The notes below the pieces were generated by a model. It had not been told where the DNA came from, searched no databases, and saw only the letters and a list, made by a program, of their open reading frames with translations. A DNA stretch of 64,000 nt from positions 160,001-224,000 of the forward strand of contig CAVUDP010000002.1 in NCBI GenBank assembly GCA_963740315.1. Direction: 5' to 3'. Source of the DNA: an uncultured cyanobacterium (GTDB taxonomy: Bacteria; Cyanobacteriota; Cyanobacteriia; Cyanobacteriales; Nostocaceae). The position numbers and the translations under genes were made by a program. Each line of letters starts with the position of its first letter. Position 1 is the stretch's first letter. Below, piece by piece: positions 10,637 to 20,532 of the stretch.

Positions 10637-10836
10637 TTCAATCCTCTTTATTACCTTGCCAAGATTAATAATGTAATGTCTTGGTTGAGTGTAATATAGT
10701 TAGACCGCATTCCCTTCCACCTGAAGTTGTAAACAAACGTAAAAAGTCAAAAAGATAACTCCATCAATAAATTGAGGAGCTTTTTAACTGTTATTATTGT
10801 AGTAGCTAATACAAACAAGCTTGCCCCATGCCAAAA

Positions 10837-12633
10837 CTACTGAATATTCACTTCCTGTAAATAGGTTCCCATTTGGAAATCATTAATTCTAGTAGTAGTT
10901 TTACTACGAATAAATGAGCCTGTATTTTCTTCTATTGCAGACTTGATTTCCGATGCAGCAGCTTTATCCAATCTAGCGATAAAGCGCTTTTTACCGTTAT
11001 ACTCAGCTAATTTAACTTGAGCTAGAGCGTAAGCGGGCGTACTTTCGGGAATTTTTTCAAGAAATTGAATTGCAGTATCAAACTTACCTAATTCTGCTTG
11101 GTTATAAGCTTGTTGTAAAAGATAAGTTGCACGAATAAGCTGTTTTTGCTCGTATTCTACTAACTTTTGCTGTATTAAATCACCCGCCGAACTTTCTTTA
11201 GGAATTTGACGGAGAAAATGTAAAGCTGTACTAAAGTCTTTTTCTGCGGCTTTTTCGTAAGCTTTTGACAGAAATTCGTCTTTTTGCACTTCAATATAAG
11301 CCCGCGCTTGCTCGATTAATGCATCTGTTTTTGTTTGCCAATAAGAAATATCGGGAACTTGAGCAGTATTAAGAAATACATCTGTCCAGCGACTTTGTTC
11401 AAAAGCAGTTTTCGCGGCTTCGTATTTCTGGGCAGCAAATTGCCATTCCTCTTGCCATTCACCGATTGTAGTTTGAGCCTCTGGATAAACATTGCTATCC
11501 TTTGGAATCGATTTTAAATAAGCGATCGCACCTTGTAAATCGCCAGATTGATATTCCTTGTTTGCTTGGGATAAAGTATTGTTTTCCGAATATGCTGGAG
11601 AATGATTCATAATAGAATAAGCTCCAAATCCGATAATTATAGAATTAGCAGCTAACCCTACCTTCATTCCCGTTAATAAAGGAGATGAATCAGTTTTTTC
11701 GGATACCTTGGAATTTTTTATATAAGAATCATTTTTCGGATAATCCGAGAACACGGTATACTCGGCATCAATAATTTGAGAGCCTGCATCCAAAGGAATT
11801 TTTTTGAGCGCTTGCAGTACATCTGCTGCTGTTTGAAAACGCTCTTGGAAGCTGTAGCGAACCATTTTACCGATCAGTGCAGCAACATAATCGCTAACTG
11901 CGGTATCCCGACTGCGCCACAATACTTCATTATTTGATGGGTGTTTTTTTAATTGTAGCGGCGTTAATCCCGTTAAAGCCTGAATAGCAATCATGCCCAA
12001 AGCATAAATATCGCTATTTATTTGCGTTTTACCAATAAATTGCTCTGGTGGTATGTAACCCAAAGAAGTAACGGGAATTGAATAAATAGGTAATACTTCA
12101 TCTGCGCCAAAATCAACTGGTTGGATGGAACCAAAATCAATTAGTACTAATTTGCCATCTCTAGCACGTCTAATTAAATTTTCTGGTTTAACATCGCAAT
12201 GAATTACACCTTGAGAATGAACGAATTGCAGAATACTTAAAACATCTTTTAAAAACCGTACAACCGCGTTTTCACTCCAAAAATAGTCAGGATTTTTATT
12301 TACTGGTAATTCCGCACTCAGCGAATGCCCTTCAATAAATTCCTGTACCAAATAAAAACGTTCGTTTTCTTCAAAACAAGAAATTAACTGAGGAATTTGC
12401 TTATGGTGTCCCAAATGCTTGAGAGTACGAGTTTCAGTTAGAAAACGCAGCCTCAAATCTTGTAAGTAACTCGGTTGCGAACTTGTAACCTTGAGTTGCT
12501 TAACAACACGCTTGGGATTGTGTGGATGTTCGATATCCACAGATATGTATGTTTGTCCAAATACACCTGCACCTAAGCTTTGAACAATTTGGTAACGCTG
12601 TTGCAGTACCTTTCCAATCATGTAGTTAGTCAT
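10837..12633 (-). CDS. Hanks-type Ser/Thr protein kinase with TM and C-terminal helical repeats
   Basis: LGAGVFG, HCDVKPEN, DFG, SDIYALG; repeated 'A...L..IP..S..Y..AQ' units after the TM. Confidence 0.9.
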   Translation of the reverse strand: MTNYMIGKVLQQRYQIVQSLGAGVFGQTYISVDIEHPHNPKRVVKQLKVTSSQPSYLQDLRLRFLTETRTLKHLGHHKQIPQLISCFEENERFYLVQEFIEGHSLSAELPVNKNPDYFWSENAVVRFLKDVLSILQFVHSQGVIHCDVKPENLIRRARDGKLVLIDFGSIQPVDFGADEVLPIYSIPVTSLGYIPPEQFIGKTQINSDIYALGMIAIQALTGLTPLQLKKHPSNNEVLWRSRDTAVSDYVAALIGKMVRYSFQERFQTAADVLQALKKIPLDAGSQIIDAEYTVFSDYPKNDSYIKNSKVSEKTDSSPLLTGMKVGLAANSIIIGFGAYSIMNHSPAYSENNTLSQANKEYQSGDLQGAIAYLKSIPKDSNVYPEAQTTIGEWQEEWQFAAQKYEAAKTAFEQSRWTDVFLNTAQVPDISYWQTKTDALIEQARAYIEVQKDEFLSKAYEKAAEKDFSTALHFLRQIPKESSAGDLIQQKLVEYEQKQLIRATYLLQQAYNQAELGKFDTAIQFLEKIPESTPAYALAQVKLAEYNGKKRFIARLDKAAASEIKSAIEENTGSFIRSKTTTRINDFQMGTYLQEVNIQ

Positions 12634-13136
12634 GAGTCGGTTACTTAGTCACTCCATTATTTAGGTTTTCGGACAATACGTTCAATTTCCGGAATACCCT
12701 ATGAATAAATAGTTTCAGAGCGCTGTTTGATTAAAATAAAAATGTCACTTCTACTTATTTATACGTATTTTTTTATATTGTCCTTTACCTAAAACCCTTG
12801 CCAGTCACCGAGTACAAAATATCTCCATCACTTCTGAGTATAAGCATTATTTTTTACCGATGCACTATATCCGTAGTAGTATCGTTTATAGGAAGTGTAA
12901 TTACGTACATAGAAAAATCGGGAGTTGTAGAGACGTGATACATCACGTCTCCCGATAATTTCGATAAAAATGGTTTTCTGCCATAGGGTTCGATGTAATT
13001 TTTGCTAAAGCGAGATTTTACGCCGGAAAAAGAATAAACAAATAAGTAATTTAGAATTCAATTACTCAACCCTTAGACTGTTTGATTAAATGAACTCATT
13101 AATTTACGATCGAATTCAATTAATAATTTTCAACAA

Positions 13137-14132
13137 TTGAACGTGAAATACTTTTTAGGAACGATCGCATTAATAGCAGCCCAAATAATTGCTAGCCCCG
13201 CTCAAGCAGCATCCGTAAAAGTTACACCTGTAGGAAGTCACGATGGCGAATTTTGTGCCTTCGATCGCGCTTTGATATTTGAAGATCCAAATGGAACGCG
13301 ACTAGTGTACGACGTAGGCAGAACCGTTGCTGGTGCGAAAGATCCACGACTTGGGAAGATTGATGCAGTATTAATAAGTCATGTTCATGGAGATCATTTA
13401 GGCGATCGCCATATACCTTCTGTCAATGCAGGTGAATGCGGAAAACCGTCGGTAGAAGTTAGCGTAACTCCTCAGTCTAATAGCGTGAATATAGCTGTGG
13501 CAAAAAACGCTAAAATCGTTGTCGGTAGCGAGATGAGCAGTTTTCTGGCGAACAAGGTAGAAGCTAACGGTGGCGATCGCAATTCAGTACAGCTTGTCCG
13601 TTTCGGTGCTTCAGTTGATGTTGGCGGCGTAAAAATTACTACCGTACCAGCAGTTCACTCCAATGGATTGAGTAGTGACTTTATCGAAGGTGAATTGGGA
13701 GAAAACTTAAAAGCTGCTGGTTTGACAGCTTATGTAGGACCGCCCACTGGATACGTGCTGAGATTTACTAACGATTTGGTAGTTTATTTATCGGGAGATA
13801 CTGGCGTTACCGCAGAACAAAGAACCGTAGTACGGAACCAATATGGTGCTGAATTAGTGGTTATCAACATCGGAGATACCTACACCACAGGGCCGCAAGA
13901 AGCAGCTTATGTAGTTAATAAATTAATCAAGCCTAAGTCAGTTATAGCCTCACACGCTAACGAAGCAGCAACGCGATCGTCCAAGGTGATTCCTAATACT
14001 AAAACTGACAAATTTATTCAAGCAACAAATGCACCCGTATACCTTCCTTTAAGTGGAAAAACAATGGAATTTAACGGAGCGGGAAAATGTGTTGCTGGCT
14101 GTCAAGATCGGCAAAATCGCCGTAGATTATAG
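13137..14132 (+). CDS. Secreted metallo-beta-lactamase-fold hydrolase
   Basis: Signal peptide ending AQA; SHVHGDH, AVHSN, YLSGDT. Confidence 0.85.
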   Translation: MNVKYFLGTIALIAAQIIASPAQAASVKVTPVGSHDGEFCAFDRALIFEDPNGTRLVYDVGRTVAGAKDPRLGKIDAVLISHVHGDHLGDRHIPSVNAGECGKPSVEVSVTPQSNSVNIAVAKNAKIVVGSEMSSFLANKVEANGGDRNSVQLVRFGASVDVGGVKITTVPAVHSNGLSSDFIEGELGENLKAAGLTAYVGPPTGYVLRFTNDLVVYLSGDTGVTAEQRTVVRNQYGAELVVINIGDTYTTGPQEAAYVVNKLIKPKSVIASHANEAATRSSKVIPNTKTDKFIQATNAPVYLPLSGKTMEFNGAGKCVAGCQDRQNRRRL

Positions 14133-14161
14133 TTAAATTAGTGCTTATAAACTTATTTTTT

Positions 14162-14230
14162 GTAGGGTGTGTTACGGCACTGGAAACATTACGGGTAAAC
14201 GAGATGATATGATTCGCCGTAACGCACCAT
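14162..14230. repeat. GTAG-type palindromic element (GTAGGGTGTGTTACGGC...GCCGTAACGCACC)
   Basis: Inverted arms; related copies near 14347, 16366, 17021 and 52145. Confidence 0.75.
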
Positions 14231-14386
14231 TTTTAGTTGTTAACAAAAGCGCTTTGTATTTTAAACAGGTATTTTCTTGGTTTGGATTATTTCCTAACCG
14301 AGCGATCGCAACAACTTATTAACTAAGGTAATTCGTTATTTTAAGATGGTGCGTTAAGCTAAAGTTATAACGCACCCTACCATCTC

Positions 14387-15004
14387 ATGACTCAAACATT
14401 AAATAAAAGAATAACATTTGAAGAGTTTATCGAATGGAACCCTGAAAATAAATTATATGAACTGCACAACGGGATAATTGTTGAAGTGGCACAACCAATT
14501 GGTAAACATGAAAATGTTGTTGGATTTTTGACGGAAAAAATCTTAGTTGAATATGTTCGTTTAAAATTACCTTATTTCATTGCTTCAAAAGTATTAGTAA
14601 AACCTGAAGATAAAGAATCTGCTTATTTACCCGATGTGTTGCTACTAAATAAGCAAAATTTAAAGAATGAGCCATTGTACGAGCAAGAATCTACTGTTTC
14701 TCAAAGTGAATCAATACCGTTAGTTGTTGAAGTTGTAAGTACTAACTGGAGTGATGATTATGCTTTAAAATTTGATGAATATGAAACTATAGGCATACCA
14801 GAATATTTAATTGTTGATTACTTAGGGCTAGGTGGTAGAAAATTTATTGGTAATCCCAAACAACCTACTATTACTGTCTGTCAATTAGAGGATGGTGAGT
14901 ACAAAAGCAGTTTATATAAAGATGATGAGGTAGTTCAATTAAAATCATTTCCAGATTTAAAATTGACTGCTAAAGAGATTTTTCAGTCTGCTTATATCGA
15001 TTGA
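14387..15004 (+). CDS. Uma2-family (DUF820) endonuclease
   Basis: TFEEF..W, YELHNG, PDV, LVVEVVST, K..EYE..GIPEYLIVD. Confidence 0.9.
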   Translation: MTQTLNKRITFEEFIEWNPENKLYELHNGIIVEVAQPIGKHENVVGFLTEKILVEYVRLKLPYFIASKVLVKPEDKESAYLPDVLLLNKQNLKNEPLYEQESTVSQSESIPLVVEVVSTNWSDDYALKFDEYETIGIPEYLIVDYLGLGGRKFIGNPKQPTITVCQLEDGEYKSSLYKDDEVVQLKSFPDLKLTAKEIFQSAYID

Positions 15005-15074
15005 GCAAATCATTCCTTCCAATTACCTATCCTAATTACAAGCTAGAACAAACCAAATTTAGCTAAGTCTAAAA

Positions 15075-15202
15075 ATGCGAATTACTAATATTCTAAAGAA
15101 CCTAGAACTCCTGGGGAATGGGAAGGTAAAGTAAGGATGTCAGATGATTTTGATGATGAATTACCTCCAGAAATCCTAGCTGGTTTTACTGGGCAAAAAT
15201 AA
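15075..15202 (+). pseudogene. Internally deleted Phd/VapB-type antitoxin remnant
   Basis: ATG-MRITNI joins out of frame to SKEPRTPGEWEGKVRMSDDFDDELPPEILAGF, a typical antitoxin tail; the middle is missing. Confidence 0.6.
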
Positions 15203-15272
15203 ATATTCGTCGAGGCATAATCTACAATAAGAGTATTGGATTTCCGTCAGTCCATCTAATAGGATGATATGA

Positions 15273-15728
15273 ATGAATTATGCTGACATAGCAGTATACG
15301 GAAAAGATAAGCGTTTACAGCTTTTGGTTGAAGTTAAAAGCAAGCATGGTACATCCAGTAGCTGGGCGGCTCTTATGCGACGTAATATGTATGCTCATGG
15401 ATTATTACCGGAAACGCGCTTTTTTCTATTAGCACTTTCAGATAAATTTTATTTGTGGAAAGATAGTGGTATCTTAATTGAAGCTATAGAGCCATCTTAC
15501 GAAATCAATCCCTTATCTTTTCTAGAGCCGTATTACAGAAAAGCTAATGTTTCACCATCTCACATTGCAGGAGCAAGTTTGGAGCTAATTATAACTTCAT
15601 GGTTAACACAAATTATTACGGTACCATCGATTGATTTGCTTGCTCGCGATTACAAAGATTGGCTAATTGATTCAGGGTTATTTGATGCAATTCAAGGTGG
15701 TTATATAGAATCTTCCATACTGGTGTAA
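15273..15728 (+). CDS. Hypothetical protein, PD-(D/E)xK nuclease-like
   Basis: ADIAVY...LLVEVK resembles the D...ExK core; good RBS (aggat). Confidence 0.55.
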   Translation: MNYADIAVYGKDKRLQLLVEVKSKHGTSSSWAALMRRNMYAHGLLPETRFFLLALSDKFYLWKDSGILIEAIEPSYEINPLSFLEPYYRKANVSPSHIAGASLELIITSWLTQIITVPSIDLLARDYKDWLIDSGLFDAIQGGYIESSILV

Positions 15729-15733
15729 TTTTA

Positions 15734-16339
15734 ATGGATGTTTATGTGGAGTCTAATTTTGTTTTAGAACTTGCATTACTTCAGGAACAACACGAAAGTT
15801 GTCAAGAATTACTCGATTTAGCCGCTTCGAAACAAATACGTTTAATTGTACCTGCCTTCAGTTTAGCAGAACCATATGAAACGCTGATTCGTAACAACAA
15901 GAAACGTCAGAAATTATCTCAGGATTTGAAAAAAGAACTTTCTCAATTGAGCCGTTCGCGACCTTATCAAGAACAAATACGTACCTTTGAAGATACTACT
16001 GCATTTTTGGTAAGCAGCCAAGAAGAGGAAAAACAAAGGCTTCAGCTAGCTATAGAAAATATGTTAAAGGTTTGCGAAATTATTCCTTTAACTGTAGAAA
16101 TACTCACAGCAGCGATCGCATATCAATCAGAATATAATCTCGAACCACAAGATTCTATAGTTTACGCTTCAGTACTTGAGCATATAAGCAAATCGGGTGA
16201 AAGACTACGTTGTTTTCTAAATAGGAACTCTAAGGATTTCGACGATCCAGATATTAAAGAAGCATTAAGTTCATACAACTGTTTAATGTTATTTAGATTT
16301 GATAATGGAATTAGTTATGTGAAAAGTACATTAGAGTAA
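15734..16339 (+). CDS. PIN-domain protein (DUF4935-like)
   Basis: VYVESNFV, SLAEP, PQDSIVYAS, NRNSKDF acidic motifs; starts 5 bp after the previous gene. Confidence 0.75.
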   Translation: MDVYVESNFVLELALLQEQHESCQELLDLAASKQIRLIVPAFSLAEPYETLIRNNKKRQKLSQDLKKELSQLSRSRPYQEQIRTFEDTTAFLVSSQEEEKQRLQLAIENMLKVCEIIPLTVEILTAAIAYQSEYNLEPQDSIVYASVLEHISKSGERLRCFLNRNSKDFDDPDIKEALSSYNCLMLFRFDNGISYVKSTLE

Positions 16340-16575
16340 GATAATGTTTTGGAATTTAATCTCGGTTACGGCACCCAAAACATTACGAGTAAACGAGATA
16401 TTTTGATAAGCCGTAACGCACCATTTTCAATTGAGTGCAATATAAAAAATATTAACTAAGAACAGATTGGAAGCCTATCCCATAAGAATTCTATTATTCC
16501 TTGACGATATAAAAATAATTTTAGACACTGAGTATATTGGTTTACAAACTTTTGAATAATAAATACGGAAATCCC

Positions 16576-16974
16576 ATGCTAGCAATTAAGGCAGAAAGAA
16601 TAAAAGAAGACACCATACTGCAAACAAAAGTTGTCAATAAAATAAACAGTGGTAAAAAGCCTGTTTTCAAATTTGATTCAGAAGAAGCTAAGATAGCTTT
16701 TTTAGAGCAATCTTGTAAACTTGCAACACAGGTAGGTGCTACGGCAGGAACAGCTATTGGTGGATTGATTGGTGGAGCTATCGGTGGTCCAATTGGTTTT
16801 GCTATTGGTGGAGCTATTGGTAGTGCCGTTGGTGCTTTCATTGGAGAAAGTATAGGTGTATGGTTGGCAAACTTTCTTTGGGAAAATGTTGTTAACAAAG
16901 GTGCTTTGTTTTTTAAAGAGAAATTTTCTTGGTTTGGATTAGCTCCTAACAGATTGATTGCGAGAACTTGTTAA
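16576..16974 (+). CDS. Glycine-zipper membrane protein
   Basis: Long GxxxG run VGATAGTAIGGLIGGAIGGPIGFAIGGAIGSAVGAFIG. Confidence 0.6.
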   Translation: MLAIKAERIKEDTILQTKVVNKINSGKKPVFKFDSEEAKIAFLEQSCKLATQVGATAGTAIGGLIGGAIGGPIGFAIGGAIGSAVGAFIGESIGVWLANFLWENVVNKGALFFKEKFSWFGLAPNRLIARTC

Positions 16975-17115
16975 CTAAATTATGAACCAATAAAATTAAT
17001 TACAATTCATCATTTAAAACGGTGCGTTATAGTCTAAGCTGTAACGCATCTTATTATTTATCATTCTTTACAAAATAATGTTATTAATAATATTAAAAAT
17101 TAATAAAATCATCTC

Positions 17116-17946
17116 ATGCGCCGAGATTCCATATTTTATAAACTGTTTCAACAATCCCCTAATTTACTGTTTGAATTGTTGACAAACCCACCAGATAATG
17201 CATCCGAATATAAATTTGATTCAGTAGCTGTCAAAGAACCGAAATTTGAAATCGATGGTGTATTTCTTCCACCGGAAAATGAAAGTCCAGGTGCTGTATA
17301 TTTCTGCGAAGTACAATTTCAAAAGGACGAAAGACTTTACGAACGAGTATTTGCAGAATCCTCACTATATTTCTACTATAACCGTGACAGGTTCAACGAC
17401 TGGCAAGTTGTAATAATTTACCCATCTCGTAATATAGAACAAAGCGATATTTATCCCCATCGAGGACAACTCAGTAGTCCACAAGTCAGAAGGGTGTATT
17501 TAGATGAGTTGGGAAATATTCGCGACTTACCCTTATGGGTAGCGTTAATGGTTCTGACTACGATAAATGAACAACAAGCACCTGAAGAAGCTAGGTATTT
17601 AATCTCTCGTTCTTCCCTCGAACAGCCAGAAAATACTTCTCGCGGCATAATAGATTTAATTACGACAATAATAACGTACAAATTTGAACAACTCAGCCGA
17701 AGCGAGGTCGAACAAATGTTAGGAATTACTCTCAAAGAAACCAGACTTTACCAAGAAATTAAGGAAGAAGAAGCACAATCATTAATTTTTCGTCTACTAA
17801 ATCGACGAGTAGGAGAATTACCACAAGAAATACGTCAACGTGTTGAAAATCTTTCCCTAGAACAATTAGAAAATCTTGGAGAAGCGTTGCTTGATTTTAA
17901 CAGCATGACCGATTTACAAACTTGGTTGGAACAGGTTAGCAATTAA
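17116..17946 (+). CDS. Rpn-family nuclease / putative transposase (DUF2887 + DUF4351)
   Basis: MRRDSIFYKLFQ, IDGVFLP, FCEVQFQKD; C-terminal LSLEQLENLGEALLDF...L..WL. Confidence 0.9.
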   Translation: MRRDSIFYKLFQQSPNLLFELLTNPPDNASEYKFDSVAVKEPKFEIDGVFLPPENESPGAVYFCEVQFQKDERLYERVFAESSLYFYYNRDRFNDWQVVIIYPSRNIEQSDIYPHRGQLSSPQVRRVYLDELGNIRDLPLWVALMVLTTINEQQAPEEARYLISRSSLEQPENTSRGIIDLITTIITYKFEQLSRSEVEQMLGITLKETRLYQEIKEEEAQSLIFRLLNRRVGELPQEIRQRVENLSLEQLENLGEALLDFNSMTDLQTWLEQVSN

Positions 17947-18047
17947 GTGTTAGGTATTGTAGAGACGTAGCACTGCTACGTCTCCACCGGAGTGAGGAAT
18001 TATCAGTTAATTTTTCTACCCCCTCTACCCCCTCTACCCCCTCTCCT

Positions 18048-19595
18048 CTATTCCTCCATCTCCTCAACCGCTTCCTTCCGATCCGTCAACGGCTTGACAA
18101 CCTTGGCGATCGCCTCCGATATAAAAGCTTTCACAAACTCATCCCGACGATTTAACTGAAATTGCCTTTGCACAACTTCCGTCATTCCCCCATCACCCCA
18201 ATCTTGATCGTGACGGAAATATTCTATAAAGCTTTTACCAGCAATTCTGGTTAAATAAGCTGCCGTTACTCCTTGAATTGCTCTACCAATTACAAAAGTT
18301 GCAACGTTTAACTGTAGCGCTGTAGAAACTAACTGCAAAGCTCCTTTAACTATTCCCAAACTTGCCAAAGTTTTCGCAAGAGAAAGCGCTAATTCCCTTC
18401 CCCTTTCCATGTTAAGTTCACAACCGTAAACCCGTCCAATTTCTACTACCATTTGAGCGTTTACCGCAGCGGTTGCGAGCAAATCTACCATCGGTAAAGG
18501 TGTTACCGAAACTACTCCTGCTCCAATCCATTGAAAACGATCTACAATTTTGTTCGCTTGCCGACGGCGTTGAGAATCGATCAGTTTTCTGGCTTCTTCT
18601 CCCAATCTTATTGATTGCAAAAGAATATTATCAGCAACTAAATCCTCACCTTCTGCCCGTAAAATTGCTGCCATGCGTCGTAACAAAGGTACAATTTCCG
18701 GCTCCGAACGAAAGATATCGCCGTTTTCCAACTCCACCTCTTGCGGATTAGCGGCGATCGCCACGACATCGCTTGTGGGAATAAAGCCCCGCACTCGCTC
18801 GCGTAATTTAGCTAAAATTGCTTGGGTGTCTTCTTCTGCATACAAATCTGTTTTGTTTAAAACCACCAGCGAACGTTTACCAATTTCTGCTAATGCTTTT
18901 AAAGGTTCGTATTCGGATCGTCGTAAGTCGTTATCTACAACAAATAATAATAAATCGGCACTCGTCGCCAATTCCCTGGCTAACTGTTCCCTTTCCGTAC
19001 CAGCAACCCCCGCTTCCAAAATCCCCGGCGTATCGGTAATTAATATTCTGCGCTCCATCCCCTTGAGACGCAAACAATAAGTTTCCCCTACGGTGGTAGT
19101 TCCCATCGGTGCATCAACATTACCCACCATCCGCCCCATCACGGCATTCACCAAAGAAGTTTTACCCGCGCTTCCGGTACCAAACACCACCACTTGAATT
19201 TCCCCGCGTGATAAATTTGCTTCAATTTCGCGGGATTTACTGAGTAAAGCTTGACGAGAAACTTCATCTTGAATTTGCGAAACCTGCTGACGCACGGCTG
19301 ATAAAGTCGTAGAAGCGGTTTCTGTTTTCTTCTCAGGAAGCTTAATATTAGGGCGTTTACGATTTTTACTACTCTGTTCCCCAGATTGAATTTTTAAAAC
19401 ATAGTAAACAAAAGCTGCAATCAAAGCCGCAACCAAAATCACCAGCAGAAACAGCAGCAAATTACCCAAGAATGGGGAATAGGACAATGTCCAGTAAAGC
19501 CGAGATAGCGAATCTATCAGCCACAGACTCAGCCCGAGGATGACAATTAAACCGACAATTAACGTGACTAAGCGGGATACAGGTATTTTGGGCAT
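18048..19595 (-). CDS. YcjF-family GTP-binding membrane protein (DUF697)
   Basis: GTGSAGKTS, DTPG, NKTD; PLPMVDLLA DUF697 motif; two N-terminal TMs. Confidence 0.85.
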   Translation of the reverse strand: MPKIPVSRLVTLIVGLIVILGLSLWLIDSLSRLYWTLSYSPFLGNLLLFLLVILVAALIAAFVYYVLKIQSGEQSSKNRKRPNIKLPEKKTETASTTLSAVRQQVSQIQDEVSRQALLSKSREIEANLSRGEIQVVVFGTGSAGKTSLVNAVMGRMVGNVDAPMGTTTVGETYCLRLKGMERRILITDTPGILEAGVAGTEREQLARELATSADLLLFVVDNDLRRSEYEPLKALAEIGKRSLVVLNKTDLYAEEDTQAILAKLRERVRGFIPTSDVVAIAANPQEVELENGDIFRSEPEIVPLLRRMAAILRAEGEDLVADNILLQSIRLGEEARKLIDSQRRRQANKIVDRFQWIGAGVVSVTPLPMVDLLATAAVNAQMVVEIGRVYGCELNMERGRELALSLAKTLASLGIVKGALQLVSTALQLNVATFVIGRAIQGVTAAYLTRIAGKSFIEYFRHDQDWGDGGMTEVVQRQFQLNRRDEFVKAFISEAIAKVVKPLTDRKEAVEEMEE

Positions 19596-19929
19596 TGGGG
19601 ATTGGGCATGGGGAATTGGGCATGGGGCATAGTTAAAAGTTAGGAGTTAAGAATTGTAAGATCAATATTGATAACTGTTCACTGTTCATTGTTCACTGTT
19701 AACTGTTCCCCATCCCCTTATTAATAGAAGATTTTCAATCTAAAATCCATAATCCTACAGTTGCAAACTCTTTAAATCAAACTCTAATATCCTACAATTC
19801 CTAATTCCTCACTTTCAACTCCTAATTCTTAACCATGCCCAATCCCCAATCCCCGATGCCCTATTTATATTATTTTTATCTAATATAAACAAGAAGCCAC
19901 TTTTTGATAAATCGGGAAATATTTCTATT

Positions 19930-20454
19930 ATGGGATTATTTGATGAAGTTCTCAATGCCGTCAACAGCCCCGATCGCCAGGGCAGTATGAATGAAATCGG
20001 TGGTATTCTCAATACCGTACAGCAGTTGAGCGGTAATGCAGGTACTGACTCGAACACGATGCAATCTGCTATGGGAGTTGTGGGTAATTTTGTCCGCTCT
20101 TCTTTACAGCAAAAGCGAGTTAATGAAGGCGAACAGCAGGCTCAATCTATAGTAGACCAATTTAGCGGTACTTCTCCCAATTCTCAAGCTGTAAATTCTC
20201 TTTTCTCTGGTGGTATGCAGCAGCAAGTTGCCCAAGCTATTGCCCAGCGTACTGGTTTGGATGCAAATATGGCTATGCAAATGTTACCGATGTTGGTTCC
20301 TTTAGTATTGAAGTTTTTGCAATCTGGTGCTAGTTCTCAAAATCCCCAATCTGGTGGAAATTCGGTTCTTAATAGCTTCCTCGATGCTGACGGTGATGGT
20401 GATGTAGACATTTCCGACGCTATAGGATTAGCTAGCCGTTTCATGAGACGATAA
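19930..20454 (+). CDS. DUF937 family protein
   Basis: MGLFDEVL start, IAQRTGLD...MLPMLVP, C-terminal DADGDGDVD. Confidence 0.8.
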   Translation: MGLFDEVLNAVNSPDRQGSMNEIGGILNTVQQLSGNAGTDSNTMQSAMGVVGNFVRSSLQQKRVNEGEQQAQSIVDQFSGTSPNSQAVNSLFSGGMQQQVAQAIAQRTGLDANMAMQMLPMLVPLVLKFLQSGASSQNPQSGGNSVLNSFLDADGDGDVDISDAIGLASRFMRR

Positions 20455-20532
20455 TTTCAGTTACCAGTTACCAGTTACCAACTAATTTTGATAACTGGTA
20501 AATTCATCCTCTGGTATGCTTTTTAGTAGCCG

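Noticed and set aside
14162..17052. Integron attC sites
   Set aside because: Arms run GTTA...TAAC, opposite to attC RYYYAAC...GTTRRRY, and no integron integrase is present
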